A stretch of DNA of 64,000 nt from Polyangia bacterium (GCA_050287845.1 JBNKCR010000098.1:1-64000); one strand, 5' to 3'. Shown: positions 10,140 through 19,428, counted from the first letter of the stretch. Notes: generated from the letters alone by a model not told the origin. Made by a program: numbers and translations.

Positions 10140-10340
10140 TCACAACGAATATAACCATCGGAAAACAATTCCGGGAAAAGAGTGTTGTGAATTATTTGTC
10201 TGCCCCTGAATCTGTGAATAAATGACAGACGTTCCGTGGCGCGAAATTGGGAAAACGTCGTGCCCATTGTAAAAAGACTGATTCGAACCGGAATCTCCCG
10301 TGACCGGAAACGATCCTCTGGCTGAAGTTGAAGCAATATT

Positions 10341-10601
10341 TCAGTTCTGTTTCGATATCTGGTCGAAGGCGGCTGTCGCCAGCTTCATCTGACTCTCCAG
10401 AATTTTTTCTCTGGGAACCGTGGCGTTCACGATATGCTGGATTTGCGAGCGGGCATACCCGGCTTCCCGGGAATCCGGAAACTCCAGGAGAATATGTCTG
10501 TACTGCTCAAACGCCTCTTTCAGATTTTCAGATTCATAGTGCAGTCCATACGCCAATGCATACTGTTGAACCGAATTGTTTTCTTCTGTCTCGTTTCTCA
10601 T
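10341..10601 (-). CDS. Small helical, single-TPR-like hypothetical protein (~86 aa)
   Basis: GGAGG upstream of MRNE; YALAYGLHY...A.EQY..IL.EFPDS.EA resembles a TPR unit. Confidence 0.7.
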   Translation of the reverse strand: MRNETEENNSVQQYALAYGLHYESENLKEAFEQYRHILLEFPDSREAGYARSQIQHIVNATVPREKILESQMKLATAAFDQISKQN

Positions 10602-10737
10602 TTCACTGCCTCCAGTTTCCTGTTTGATATAATACCGGGTGCCGCCCAGTGGAAACCGTGATGCATCGCATCTTCTGGCCGGCACGGGCTTCTGCAGTCA
10701 ATTCACAAATGCCTCAGCCGGGTTCGGTTTATATCAA

Positions 10738-10753
10738 AGCAATTAGCGAGCCA
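10738..10753 (-). promoter_or_regulatory. Sigma-54 -24/-12 promoter for the small TPR-like gene
   Basis: Minus strand TGGCTCGCTAATTGCT = GG-N10-GC. Confidence 0.65.
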
Positions 10754-11008
10754 ATTTGTGAGTGTCTTCCACACTCCGTGTTCGTGCTTTAAGGACAGTG
10801 ATCGAACATTGCTCAAAAATCATTTCTGCCAGTTTGCGCAGGTAAAAGAGAAATGGATGTCGTCGCAGTATTGCGCCACAAGACTTTCGTGCTGTTGAAC
10901 AGGACTTCTACGGATTGTGATACTATAGCGATATGGCAAGTCACGTAAGAGTGCGATGCGGCCAGAGCGTTATCTCCCGTTACAGGGCCGGTATGTTGCC
11001 CCTCCCCC

Positions 11009-11024
11009 TGGCATTGTTTTTGCT
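11009..11024 (+). promoter_or_regulatory. Sigma-54 -24/-12 promoter for the DUF2934 gene
   Basis: TGGCATTGTTTTTGCT, followed by AAGGAG (11045-11050) and ATG 11059. Confidence 0.75.
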
Positions 11025-11058
11025 TTTAACAACGACTAATCATTAAGGAGAATTGATT

Positions 11059-11349
11059 ATGAATCATATAGCTGAATTCAACCTATTACACGCATTCACT
11101 GAAACAGATGACGACAACGCCCTGCAATTGAGATCAGGCCCCGAAACAGAATTGGAAATTGCCAGCAATAATTTGATTCAATTCCGGGTACAACAGTCGT
11201 TCCAGGCGAGTAGACATACGAAAACGTCGCTTCTGGCGTATCACATCTGGCAGAAGGAAGGTTGTCCGCAAAGTGGACAGGCACTGGAAAACTGGATTGA
11301 AGCGGAAAAAGCAATTTCCGTGGAGTCGACGCGTCACTCCGGTTTATGA
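11059..11349 (+). CDS. DUF2934 domain small protein
   Basis: AYHIWQKEGCPQSGQALENWIEAE matches the DUF2934 pattern AYxxWexeGrPxG...WxxAE. Confidence 0.8.
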   Translation: MNHIAEFNLLHAFTETDDDNALQLRSGPETELEIASNNLIQFRVQQSFQASRHTKTSLLAYHIWQKEGCPQSGQALENWIEAEKAISVESTRHSGL

Positions 11350-11365
11350 CCTCAAACAACATTGA

Positions 11366-11542
11366 CTACTCTGCAGATTGCAGCGGTGTGATGTTCAGCG
11401 AAACACCTGCGCTCAGTTTGCCGACTGCCGTGAAAAGGCAGCAGATACAGAGTGGCTTGCCCCCCAGGTCGGCCAACGCCAGCACGTTGCAGTCCGTGCA
11501 GATGATTGGCAGAAAAGGAATTCGTTTTAATTTGGTTTTCAT
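11366..11542 (-). CDS. Small CxxC...CxxC putative zinc-finger protein (~58 aa)
   Basis: MKTKLKRIPFLPIICTDCNVLALADLGGKPLCICCL; AGAGGGA upstream; own sigma-54 motif. Confidence 0.55.
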   Translation of the reverse strand: MKTKLKRIPFLPIICTDCNVLALADLGGKPLCICCLFTAVGKLSAGVSLNITPLQSAE

Positions 11543-11613
11543 GGTGTTATCCCTCTGACTCATTCGCTGTATTGATTGTTTTCATAAACAATGGCGTTGC
11601 GACCCGTATTACA

Positions 11614-11629
11614 TGCAAGATGATGACCA
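11614..11629 (-). promoter_or_regulatory. Sigma-54 -24/-12 promoter for the small Cys-rich gene
   Basis: Minus strand TGGTCATCATCTTGCA = GG-N10-GC. Confidence 0.55.
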
Positions 11630-11823
11630 GGTGTGATATTCAATCACATCCATTCACCCTGTTTTTGAATAACTCGCGACGGTGGTCGAATAATGAATAC
11701 ATTCCGGGGCCAATCATGTATGTTCCCCGTCAACGCATTTCGTCAGTCCGTGTTCGATACATGATAACTTCACCATCATCGATTTCAGCATAAGCTTACG
11801 CGTTAAAGAAGGATTCAGAAGCA

Positions 11824-14043
11824 GTGTACCAGTCTGTAAATATGCAGCGCAAACGCGGGATTGCGTTTATCGGCAATTATCTTCCCCGGGCATGTGGCAT
11901 TGCCACATTCACCTACGACCTCGCAGAAGCGGTTGCCACCCGGGCAGGAGACGATCAGTCCGTTGTTGTCACCGCCATCAACGACATCGCATCCGGATAC
12001 GCCTACCCCGATCGGGTAAAGTTTGAAATTCGGCAAAACAATTCTGTCGACTACACGAAGGCCGCAGATTTTTTGAACTTCAGCAATATCGATGTTGTCA
12101 GTCTGCAGCATGAGTACGGAATCTTCGGCGGAAAAAAAGGCGCCAACATTCTGGCGTTTTTAAAACGATTGAATCGTCCGGTGGTGACCACCTGCCATAC
12201 CATTCTTGAAAATCCCACCCATGATGAACGCGAAATCTTAATCGAGATTGCAGCGCATTCCTACAAGCTGGTGGTGATGAGCCAACGTGCATATCATTTT
12301 CTGGAGGAAAGCTATGGCATCTCCGCGCAGAAGATTGCATTTATTCCCCATGGCATACATCATGTGCCATTTATCGACCCCAACTTTTTCAAGGATAAAT
12401 TCAGCGTTGAAGGGCAAAAGGTCATATTGACCTTCGGGCTGCTTACCCGCAACAAGGGTATTGAATACATGATCAATGCCATGCCCCGAATCATTGAGCG
12501 GCATCCCAACACAACCTATGTCGTACTGGGGGCAACCCATCCGACCATCATCCGGGAGGAAGGCGAAAGCTATCGCCTCAGCCTGCAGCGAACCGTCCGG
12601 AAACTGGGACTGGAACGCAATGTGCTGTTTTATCCCGAGTTTGTGGAGCTCAGCGAGCTGCTGGAATATCTCGGGGCGTCCGATATTTTTGTCACCCCCT
12701 ATCTCTATATGGAGCAGATTACCAGTGGTGCGCTTTCCTATGCCATGGGAACGGGAAAAGCCGTTGTATCCACGCCGTACTGGCATGCGGAAGAACTGCT
12801 CGACGACGGACGCGGCGTTCTGGTGCCCACCAGAGATGCCGAGGCCCTGTCCGGCGCCATCAACGACCTGCTGGACGATGAGGTGAAGCTGAGCGCCATG
12901 CGCAAGCGGGCATATCTGTACTGTCAGAACATGGTGTGGTCCAAAATTGCAGGCAAATATCTGGATTTGTTCGACGAAGCGCGACAGAAAGTATCGTTTC
13001 GTCAGGCCACCACAGAAACCATGCACCCCAGCACTTCCGCCATTCAGTTGCCGGCGCCCAGATTGAATCATATTCTGCGATTGACCGACGATACGGGGCC
13101 CGCGGTGTTCGCCCGTCATTCCATTCCCGACTGGACCCATGGATACAGCCTGGATACCGCTGCGGCAACATTGATAACCAGCTGCAAGTTTCACGAAATT
13201 CACAAAACAACCGAATCCCTTCAATTGTGCGAGCGCTGCCTCACATTGATGCACACGCTCATTGGTCACGATGCGTTCCATTCAGCGACCGCGCGACTGG
13301 ATTATTCCCGTCGGCGGCAGGGGAGTGCGTCAGATGTGGATTTGGGAAAAACCATCTGGTCTCTGGGATACGTCATCTGGCAGGGACCGGCGTATCTGAG
13401 TTCCATTGCCAATGACATGCTGCATCAAATCATTCCCGATTCTCCCATTGCGTCTCCGAGGGGCGCTGCATACGCCATTCTGGGCGCCGCCAGCTACCTG
13501 GAGCGATTTCCCGGTGCGGCCGCCATGAAGCGGTTTCTCATTGCCCAGTTGCCGTGCATCAAAAAAGCGGTTGCTTCCGATGACTGGTATTGCCAGTGGG
13601 AAGCCGCCGACTGGCCAATCGCCATCCAGGTATTTTACGTTGCTGCAGTAACATTGAATGATGATTCGCACTTTTCAATATGCAACGACCTGATTGAACA
13701 GATGAATCAGGTCACTGAAAATGGCGGTCTGTTTGAAAAACATGGCGACAACAAAATGGGCGAAGAACTGCCGGTAACCGCTGCCATGTACATTGAATCT
13801 CTTGCCGCCGTATTTCACACAACAGATGACCGGAACCTGCTCACCGGCATTCGAACGGCATTGGACTGGTTTCTCGGTGAGAACCGCGTTGGCGAGTCCC
13901 TTTACAATTTTTCAACCGGGGGATGTCACGATGCACTGTTTCAATCGGGACTGAACCGAAATCAGGGAACTGAAGCCACAGTGTATTGCCTGTTGGCTTT
14001 TCTGACGCTGAATCAAATCAGCTGGGCAAAAATCAGTGACTGA
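11824..14043 (+). CDS. Glycosyltransferase family 4 fused to a C-terminal helical domain
   Basis: GNYLPRACGIATFT, QHEYGIFGG, TFGLL..NKGIE and QITSGALSYA..GKAVVSTPYWHA; C-terminal LTDDTG...GGCHD.L....NQG; start could be ATG 11842. Confidence 0.9.
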   Translation: MYQSVNMQRKRGIAFIGNYLPRACGIATFTYDLAEAVATRAGDDQSVVVTAINDIASGYAYPDRVKFEIRQNNSVDYTKAADFLNFSNIDVVSLQHEYGIFGGKKGANILAFLKRLNRPVVTTCHTILENPTHDEREILIEIAAHSYKLVVMSQRAYHFLEESYGISAQKIAFIPHGIHHVPFIDPNFFKDKFSVEGQKVILTFGLLTRNKGIEYMINAMPRIIERHPNTTYVVLGATHPTIIREEGESYRLSLQRTVRKLGLERNVLFYPEFVELSELLEYLGASDIFVTPYLYMEQITSGALSYAMGTGKAVVSTPYWHAEELLDDGRGVLVPTRDAEALSGAINDLLDDEVKLSAMRKRAYLYCQNMVWSKIAGKYLDLFDEARQKVSFRQATTETMHPSTSAIQLPAPRLNHILRLTDDTGPAVFARHSIPDWTHGYSLDTAAATLITSCKFHEIHKTTESLQLCERCLTLMHTLIGHDAFHSATARLDYSRRRQGSASDVDLGKTIWSLGYVIWQGPAYLSSIANDMLHQIIPDSPIASPRGAAYAILGAASYLERFPGAAAMKRFLIAQLPCIKKAVASDDWYCQWEAADWPIAIQVFYVAAVTLNDDSHFSICNDLIEQMNQVTENGGLFEKHGDNKMGEELPVTAAMYIESLAAVFHTTDDRNLLTGIRTALDWFLGENRVGESLYNFSTGGCHDALFQSGLNRNQGTEATVYCLLAFLTLNQISWAKISD

Positions 14044-14072
14044 CAGCATATTCAACTTCCAGGGGGCGTATC

Positions 14073-15533
14073 ATGTGTCTGCCTGAAATTATCCGGACCG
14101 ATATAAAAATACAACCCGACGCATCGAGAGTATTGATTCGTCCGTTCATTCCTTCTGAACATCGCATCGTAAAAATTCTGGCGCGCATCGCATCCCAGAG
14201 CGACGAGGAAGTGGACGCACATCTGCAAAAAATTCTGGTGGATTTTTCCAGTCGACATATCCAGGTGGAAAAGACATTTTTAAGCCGATACGAAAGCATC
14301 AGGGCGCATCAGTTTACCGACGTTGCACCCAATCTGACCCGAAGAATGTTGATTGGCGCCTATTTTACCAGCGAGTTTTCCCTTGAATCCTCCGCGTTGT
14401 TCAATCCTTCCATTGTGATTCACCCGGATCAGTCCCACCTCGAGAGCGGCTCGGTTCGGTTTATCATGAGTCTTCGTGCGGTGGGCGAGGGGCATCTGTC
14501 GTCCATCACTTTTCGGACGGGGATTATCGATGCGCACCATCGAATAAAAATGATTGCACCAACGCGATTTGTCAACACGCCGGTGGCGGTAACCAACAGT
14601 CAGTTTTCCAGTCATGTATTGCGCCTGAAGTGCATGGACATGGGCTTTCGAAACGAATATTCGGATACGCTTTTCGATATGTTGCCCGATACGTTCACCA
14701 TGATGGAAGTGGACCATGCCATTAAAGAACTCCACAACCTGCGCCCTGCGTTTTCAATGGCCCATGCCAATACCATACAGAACCTGAAATGGATCATTAA
14801 AGCAAATTACGAGGTTGCCTTTGAAGCGGATATCCCGTTGGACGGACGATGTCTGTTCCCCAATTCGCCCAGTGAAAAGCACGGGATTGAAGATGCGCGA
14901 TTTGTGCGATTTGTCGACGATGATCAGTCGGTTACCTATTACGCGACGGCCACCGCCTGGGACGGAAAAAACATGCTTTCGCAAATCATAGAGACCGAAG
15001 ATTTTCAGGCATTCAAAATCCGGACGTTGAACGGTGAAGCGGTTCAGAACAAGGGGATGGCGCTGTTTCCAAGAAAACTGCACGGTAAATATGTGATGCT
15101 CGGCAGGCAGGACAACGAATACATTCATCTGATGTACTCGTTCTCTCCCCAGTTCTGGCGCGACAGTCAATGCATTGTGAAGCCCGCACAACCCTGGGAA
15201 TACTACCAGATTGGCAATTGTGGTTCTCCCCTGGAAACCGAAGAAGGCTGGCTGGTGATCACCCATGGGGTGGGGGCCATGCGCAGATATGCCATTGGCG
15301 CGGTGCTGCTTGATTTGGAGGACCCCTCCCGCGTGATTGGACGAACAGAATCACCGCTGCTGGTGCCAATGGAAAACGAACGGGAAGGATATGTTCCCAA
15401 CACCGTATATTCATGCGGGTCCATGATTCACAACGGAAAACTGATTCTGCCATACGCCATGAGCGACTATGCCTCGCGAATTGCAATGGTCGATGTTTCC
15501 CAGCTGATTACCTGTCTGAAGAAAGGTGGATGA
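14073..15533 (+). CDS. GH130-family mannoside phosphorylase/glycosidase, long form with helical inserts
   Basis: ALFNPSIV.HPDQ, SLRAVGEGH.SSI, GIEDARFV, NKGMALFP, IGNCGSP and REGYVPN.VYSCG. Confidence 0.88.
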   Translation: MCLPEIIRTDIKIQPDASRVLIRPFIPSEHRIVKILARIASQSDEEVDAHLQKILVDFSSRHIQVEKTFLSRYESIRAHQFTDVAPNLTRRMLIGAYFTSEFSLESSALFNPSIVIHPDQSHLESGSVRFIMSLRAVGEGHLSSITFRTGIIDAHHRIKMIAPTRFVNTPVAVTNSQFSSHVLRLKCMDMGFRNEYSDTLFDMLPDTFTMMEVDHAIKELHNLRPAFSMAHANTIQNLKWIIKANYEVAFEADIPLDGRCLFPNSPSEKHGIEDARFVRFVDDDQSVTYYATATAWDGKNMLSQIIETEDFQAFKIRTLNGEAVQNKGMALFPRKLHGKYVMLGRQDNEYIHLMYSFSPQFWRDSQCIVKPAQPWEYYQIGNCGSPLETEEGWLVITHGVGAMRRYAIGAVLLDLEDPSRVIGRTESPLLVPMENEREGYVPNTVYSCGSMIHNGKLILPYAMSDYASRIAMVDVSQLITCLKKGG

Positions 15534-16582
15534 CAATGCAGAAATATCACGGAAACCCAATCATTACCACGGATATGGTCGCACCGTCCGACGCGCGTCT
15601 GGTGGTGAAAGGCGCCCTCAATCCAGGAGCGATTCAGTTCAGGGATGAAACGCTGCTGCTGCTGCGAGTTGCCGAAGGATGTATTCAGACCCCCGGTTCC
15701 ATCTCCATCCCCATGTATGATTTTTCCACCCCCCAATCCACGATGCGGGTGGTGGAATTCGACGAAAATGATCCGGACATTCAGTTAAAAGACAATCGCG
15801 CCGTGGCGGTGGGGGATAGGGAATATGTGTCCACGGTGAGTCATCTGCGGCTGGCCAGAAGTCATAACGGTGTGGATTTTAAAATCGATGACGCACCCTT
15901 CTGGACACCCTGTAACGGGTCTGAAGAATTCGGGGTGGAGGATGCGCGCATCACCCGAATCGCCGATACCTGGTTCATCAACTATACGGCGGTTTCCAGA
16001 GACAGTTACGGTACCTCCCTGCTGAAGACTGCGGATTTCAGAACAGTGGAATATCTGGGAATGATTTTCGCCGCGCCCAACAAAGATGTGTGTATCTTTC
16101 CCGAGAAAATCAACGGCTCCTACGTGGCGCTTCATCGGCCATTCAACCACGGTTTCGGAAAAAGTTCCATCTGGATGGCAAAGTCGCCAGACCTGATTCA
16201 CTGGGGGCAACATCAGTGTCTGCTGCGGCCGAGGGCCAATGAATGGGAAGATGAAAAAATCGGCGGTGGCGCTCCCCCCGTCAGAACCCCCGGGGGATGG
16301 CTGGTCATTTATCATGGCAAAGCGCTTCGCAACGGAGCCGATTACTACTCACTGATGGTGCTGTTGCTGGATTTGAACGATCCGTCCAGAATTGTATACC
16401 AGGGAGAACATCCGATTCTGGCGCCTTCTGAATCCTATGAAACCAGCGGTTTTGTTCCCAACGTTGTTTTTCTCAATGGGATTGTGCAGACCGACAGCGA
16501 CACGTTGTCTCTTTACTACAGTGCATGTGACGAAGTGGTCTGCCTGGCCCAATGTTCAATCAATGAGCTGATTTCGCATTAA
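15530..16582 (+). CDS. GH130-family phosphorylase (beta-1,2-mannoside phosphorylase-like)
   Basis: LNPG...LLLRVAE, SHLRLARS.NG, FGVEDARIT, NKDV.IFPEK, KIGGG.PP and GFVPNVVF; ATGA overlap with the upstream gene. Confidence 0.88.
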   Translation: MTMQKYHGNPIITTDMVAPSDARLVVKGALNPGAIQFRDETLLLLRVAEGCIQTPGSISIPMYDFSTPQSTMRVVEFDENDPDIQLKDNRAVAVGDREYVSTVSHLRLARSHNGVDFKIDDAPFWTPCNGSEEFGVEDARITRIADTWFINYTAVSRDSYGTSLLKTADFRTVEYLGMIFAAPNKDVCIFPEKINGSYVALHRPFNHGFGKSSIWMAKSPDLIHWGQHQCLLRPRANEWEDEKIGGGAPPVRTPGGWLVIYHGKALRNGADYYSLMVLLLDLNDPSRIVYQGEHPILAPSESYETSGFVPNVVFLNGIVQTDSDTLSLYYSACDEVVCLAQCSINELISH

Positions 16583-16614
16583 AAAACTCTCTCAAATGTG
16601 TTCACGGTATCGCT

Positions 16615-17640
16615 TCAGTCGGAAATGATCCGTTCCTGCAATTGTCTTTCCATCATCCAGCCGGGATATTCCGGAGTCAGGGCGGAAACAGCATCGAGCC
16701 GGGCGATTTCTTCTTCGGTGAGCGTCAGCTGGGTCGCCGCGAGATTATCCTTCAGCTGGGCCATGGTTTTGGCGCCAATAATAATACTCGTAACAGACGG
16801 CCTGGAGCCCGTCCATGCCAGTGCCACCCGGGCTGCGGAGGTGTTGTGCTTTTTTCCGATATCGATGAGCACATCAATGATGTCATAGGCTTTTTCCCGA
16901 TTTACGGGGGGGAAATCAAAGGTATCTCTCCGGCTGTCTCCGGCCACCTGATTTTTCCGGGTGAATTTTCCCGAAAGAAAGCCACCGGCCAGCGGGCTCC
17001 AGGGCATGAGCGCGAGACCTTCACTCTGGGCCATGGGCACGATTTCCCGCTCAATATCTCTGCCGGCGAGACTGTAATAGTTCTGCAGCGCAACAAACCG
17101 GGTCCATCCCATCTTCTCCGCAATGTCATTGGCCTTCACCACCTGCCATGCGGGATGATTGCTGATGCCGAGATACCGCACTTTTCCCGCGCGCACCACA
17201 TCCTCCAGCCCCCGCATGGTTTCCGCCAGCGGTGTCAGGGGGTCTACCCCGTGAATGTAGAGCAAGTCGATATGGTCGAGATTCAGTCGCTTCAGGCTGT
17301 CATCAACGCTATCCATTATATGAAGCCGCGACAGACCCACCTGATTGGCCCCGGGGCCCATGCGCAGCCGGACTTTGGTCGCAATGACCACGTTCTGCCG
17401 GGGAATCGCCAGGTCCCGGAGCGCCTTGCCCAGCATGATTTCCGAAAGGCCCTCGGAATAGGCATTGGCGGTATCGATGAAATTGATGCCCTGTTCAATG
17501 GACTCTCTGATGAGGTCATTCACCAGTTCCTGGGGTTGCTCCCCCACCGCTTTCCAGTAGCCCCGGCCGCCGAATGTCATGGCGCCGAGACACAGTTCCG
17601 ATACGAGTACGCCTGTATTCCCAAGCTGATTATATTTCAT
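16615..17640 (-). CDS. Aldo/keto reductase
   Basis: LGNTG..VSELCLGAMTFG, FIDTANAYS.G.SE, ATK, DLLYIH and WSPLAGGFLSGK; GGAGG upstream of ATG 17640. Confidence 0.93.
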   Translation of the reverse strand: MKYNQLGNTGVLVSELCLGAMTFGGRGYWKAVGEQPQELVNDLIRESIEQGINFIDTANAYSEGLSEIMLGKALRDLAIPRQNVVIATKVRLRMGPGANQVGLSRLHIMDSVDDSLKRLNLDHIDLLYIHGVDPLTPLAETMRGLEDVVRAGKVRYLGISNHPAWQVVKANDIAEKMGWTRFVALQNYYSLAGRDIEREIVPMAQSEGLALMPWSPLAGGFLSGKFTRKNQVAGDSRRDTFDFPPVNREKAYDIIDVLIDIGKKHNTSAARVALAWTGSRPSVTSIIIGAKTMAQLKDNLAATQLTLTEEEIARLDAVSALTPEYPGWMMERQLQERIISD

Positions 17641-17807
17641 GGTTGCCTCCATTGCTGATTGATATGCTACAAGGTAACCTCTCTTTTTCGGAATGCTGCG
17701 AAGAACCTGAATGTGGAAATTATTTCGCAGAAATCCATATCTTCCCGGGTTTCGATGGGAACGGTCCGATTGCATCGATTTCTATGGTGTTGTAAATCGC
17801 GGTTTTC

Positions 17808-19304
17808 ATGTATATGAGAACGATGATGCGATCAGCGATTTCAATATCTTTACTGATAGTGATCTGGGGTTGCGGCAATTCGGCAGACGGTACTGCGGGG
17901 AAAGATTTTGTCGGTAAGAGTGAGAATCCGGCCCCTTCCGAAGCGGCCGTTCAAGTCCGTCCCGCCGGCAGCACGGACCTGTATACGGTGGACCTGACCA
18001 CCGACATCGTTTTTCGCCATCTGCGGGACGGTTGGACACTGAAAAACAAGTCTGACGTCACTGCTGCCAAGTTGCGCGCGGGGGGCGTGGATCTGTTTTT
18101 TTCAGCGGTGGGCACCTCACCCAAAGGCAAACCGAATCTGGATCAGGGAATCGAGGTCACCCATCGACTGGTCGAAGAAGCGGGCAGGGATATTGCCGTG
18201 GCAAGGAACTTTGCCGAGGTGGCAGAAAACCGGAAACAGGGCATCGTGTCTGTCATGATTCTGGTGGAAGGCGCCAATGAACTGGAAGAAGCCGATGAAC
18301 GACGGCTGTTCGAATTGAAGCGAAGAGGGGTGGCCGCCATCGGTCTGGTGTCCGGCAGAACCAATCGACTGGCGGATGCGGCTGTCTCCGGTCTGGGCAG
18401 CAAGGGGGGGCTGACCCGCAAAGGTACGGAGTTCGTACAGAAATTGCGGGAGATGGGCATTGCGGTGGATTTGACCCACGCGTCGGAAGAAACGTTTTAC
18501 GACGTACTGGTTCGCGAGGGGGTGCTGGCCATGGTGTCCCATACGGCAGTGGATGCCCTGCGGCCGCACCCGAGAAATCTGGACGATGTGCAGATTATCG
18601 CCCTGGCCAGGTATGGTGGTGTGCTGGGACTCATTTTCAATCCGGATTTCATCATCACCACCCCGGGAACTTCCGGAACCATTGATGACGTGCTGGCCCA
18701 TATGATCCATATCAAAAAGCTGGGGGCGCTCGATGCCCTGTCCCTGGGGACCGACTATGCCGGTATTTACCCGCCCCGGGGATTGGAGGACGTATCCCGA
18801 TTGCCCGTTCTCGCAGAAAAGTTGGTGGAAGCCGGATTTTCTTCCAGTGAATTGACGAAAATATTCGGACAGAATGCCCAGCGCTTTTTCGAAAACGTGA
18901 CCAGCCAGCAGGGAACCGCCGAAATTTCAACCCAGCAGGTGCTTCGTCCCATTGACATCGAATGTGATACACTGATCGGTGAAGTTGCCGGAATTGCAAT
19001 GAAATCATGTGATCGGCGGGTGCTCGAAGAAGGACCGATGTTTGAGGCGGCCAGCCGTCAGAAATTCCGCATTCGCGACATGAGCCGCAAGCCCATTAAA
19101 CTTGAAGTGTTCGGCGTCCCGGATACCCCCTGGCAGGTGGAGGCACAGGACCTTTCCGGTAAAGTGCTCGTGAAGCGCGTGATTCGTCTGGATGAGCACG
19201 GAACGGGGCAGGTGCCATTGCCCGAAAACCGCAACCTCACGCGACTCTTTCTGAATCCGGCAAGGCCATCCACCCTGAGGGAAGTTGTGGTCTGGGGCGA
19301 ATAA
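17808..19304 (+). CDS. Membrane (renal-type, M19) dipeptidase-like lipoprotein with extra C-terminal domain
   Basis: Lipobox IWGC; VEGA, GGLT.KG, VDLTH, SHT....HPRNL.D and GTDY.G motifs. Confidence 0.75.
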   Translation: MYMRTMMRSAISISLLIVIWGCGNSADGTAGKDFVGKSENPAPSEAAVQVRPAGSTDLYTVDLTTDIVFRHLRDGWTLKNKSDVTAAKLRAGGVDLFFSAVGTSPKGKPNLDQGIEVTHRLVEEAGRDIAVARNFAEVAENRKQGIVSVMILVEGANELEEADERRLFELKRRGVAAIGLVSGRTNRLADAAVSGLGSKGGLTRKGTEFVQKLREMGIAVDLTHASEETFYDVLVREGVLAMVSHTAVDALRPHPRNLDDVQIIALARYGGVLGLIFNPDFIITTPGTSGTIDDVLAHMIHIKKLGALDALSLGTDYAGIYPPRGLEDVSRLPVLAEKLVEAGFSSSELTKIFGQNAQRFFENVTSQQGTAEISTQQVLRPIDIECDTLIGEVAGIAMKSCDRRVLEEGPMFEAASRQKFRIRDMSRKPIKLEVFGVPDTPWQVEAQDLSGKVLVKRVIRLDEHGTGQVPLPENRNLTRLFLNPARPSTLREVVVWGE

Positions 19305-19428
19305 CGTATCAATCGTCTCCCTGCAAACATTGCTTCAATTGTGATTATTTTTTCGGTTACCGGCAATTGAATGATATAGTAAACAATATTTATAATCATT
19401 GATTACCTGTTCAAAAGGGAGTTACGCC

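Noticed and set aside
10680..10696. GGCACGGGCTTCTGCA as a fifth sigma-54 promoter
   Set aside because: Spacing is GG-N11-GC, not the obligatory N10.
10789..10803. TTAAGGACAGTGATC, a 14/15 match to the reverse complement of 128-142
   Set aside because: The orientation does not bracket the intervening DNA, no partner end or internal palindrome follows, and it was found post hoc, so it may be chance.
11824..14043. GT4 as the enzyme glycosylating the D-T/S repeats (SdgA/SdgB analogy)
   Set aside because: Its motifs and operon tie it to GH130 clusters; nothing in the sequence links it to the repeat proteins.
15413..15529. Longer N-termini given by the ORF track (also at 6191, 17775, 20333, 27136, 28420, 30402, 61425)
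   Set aside because: They overlap neighbouring genes or lack an RBS; downstream starts fit family N-termini better.
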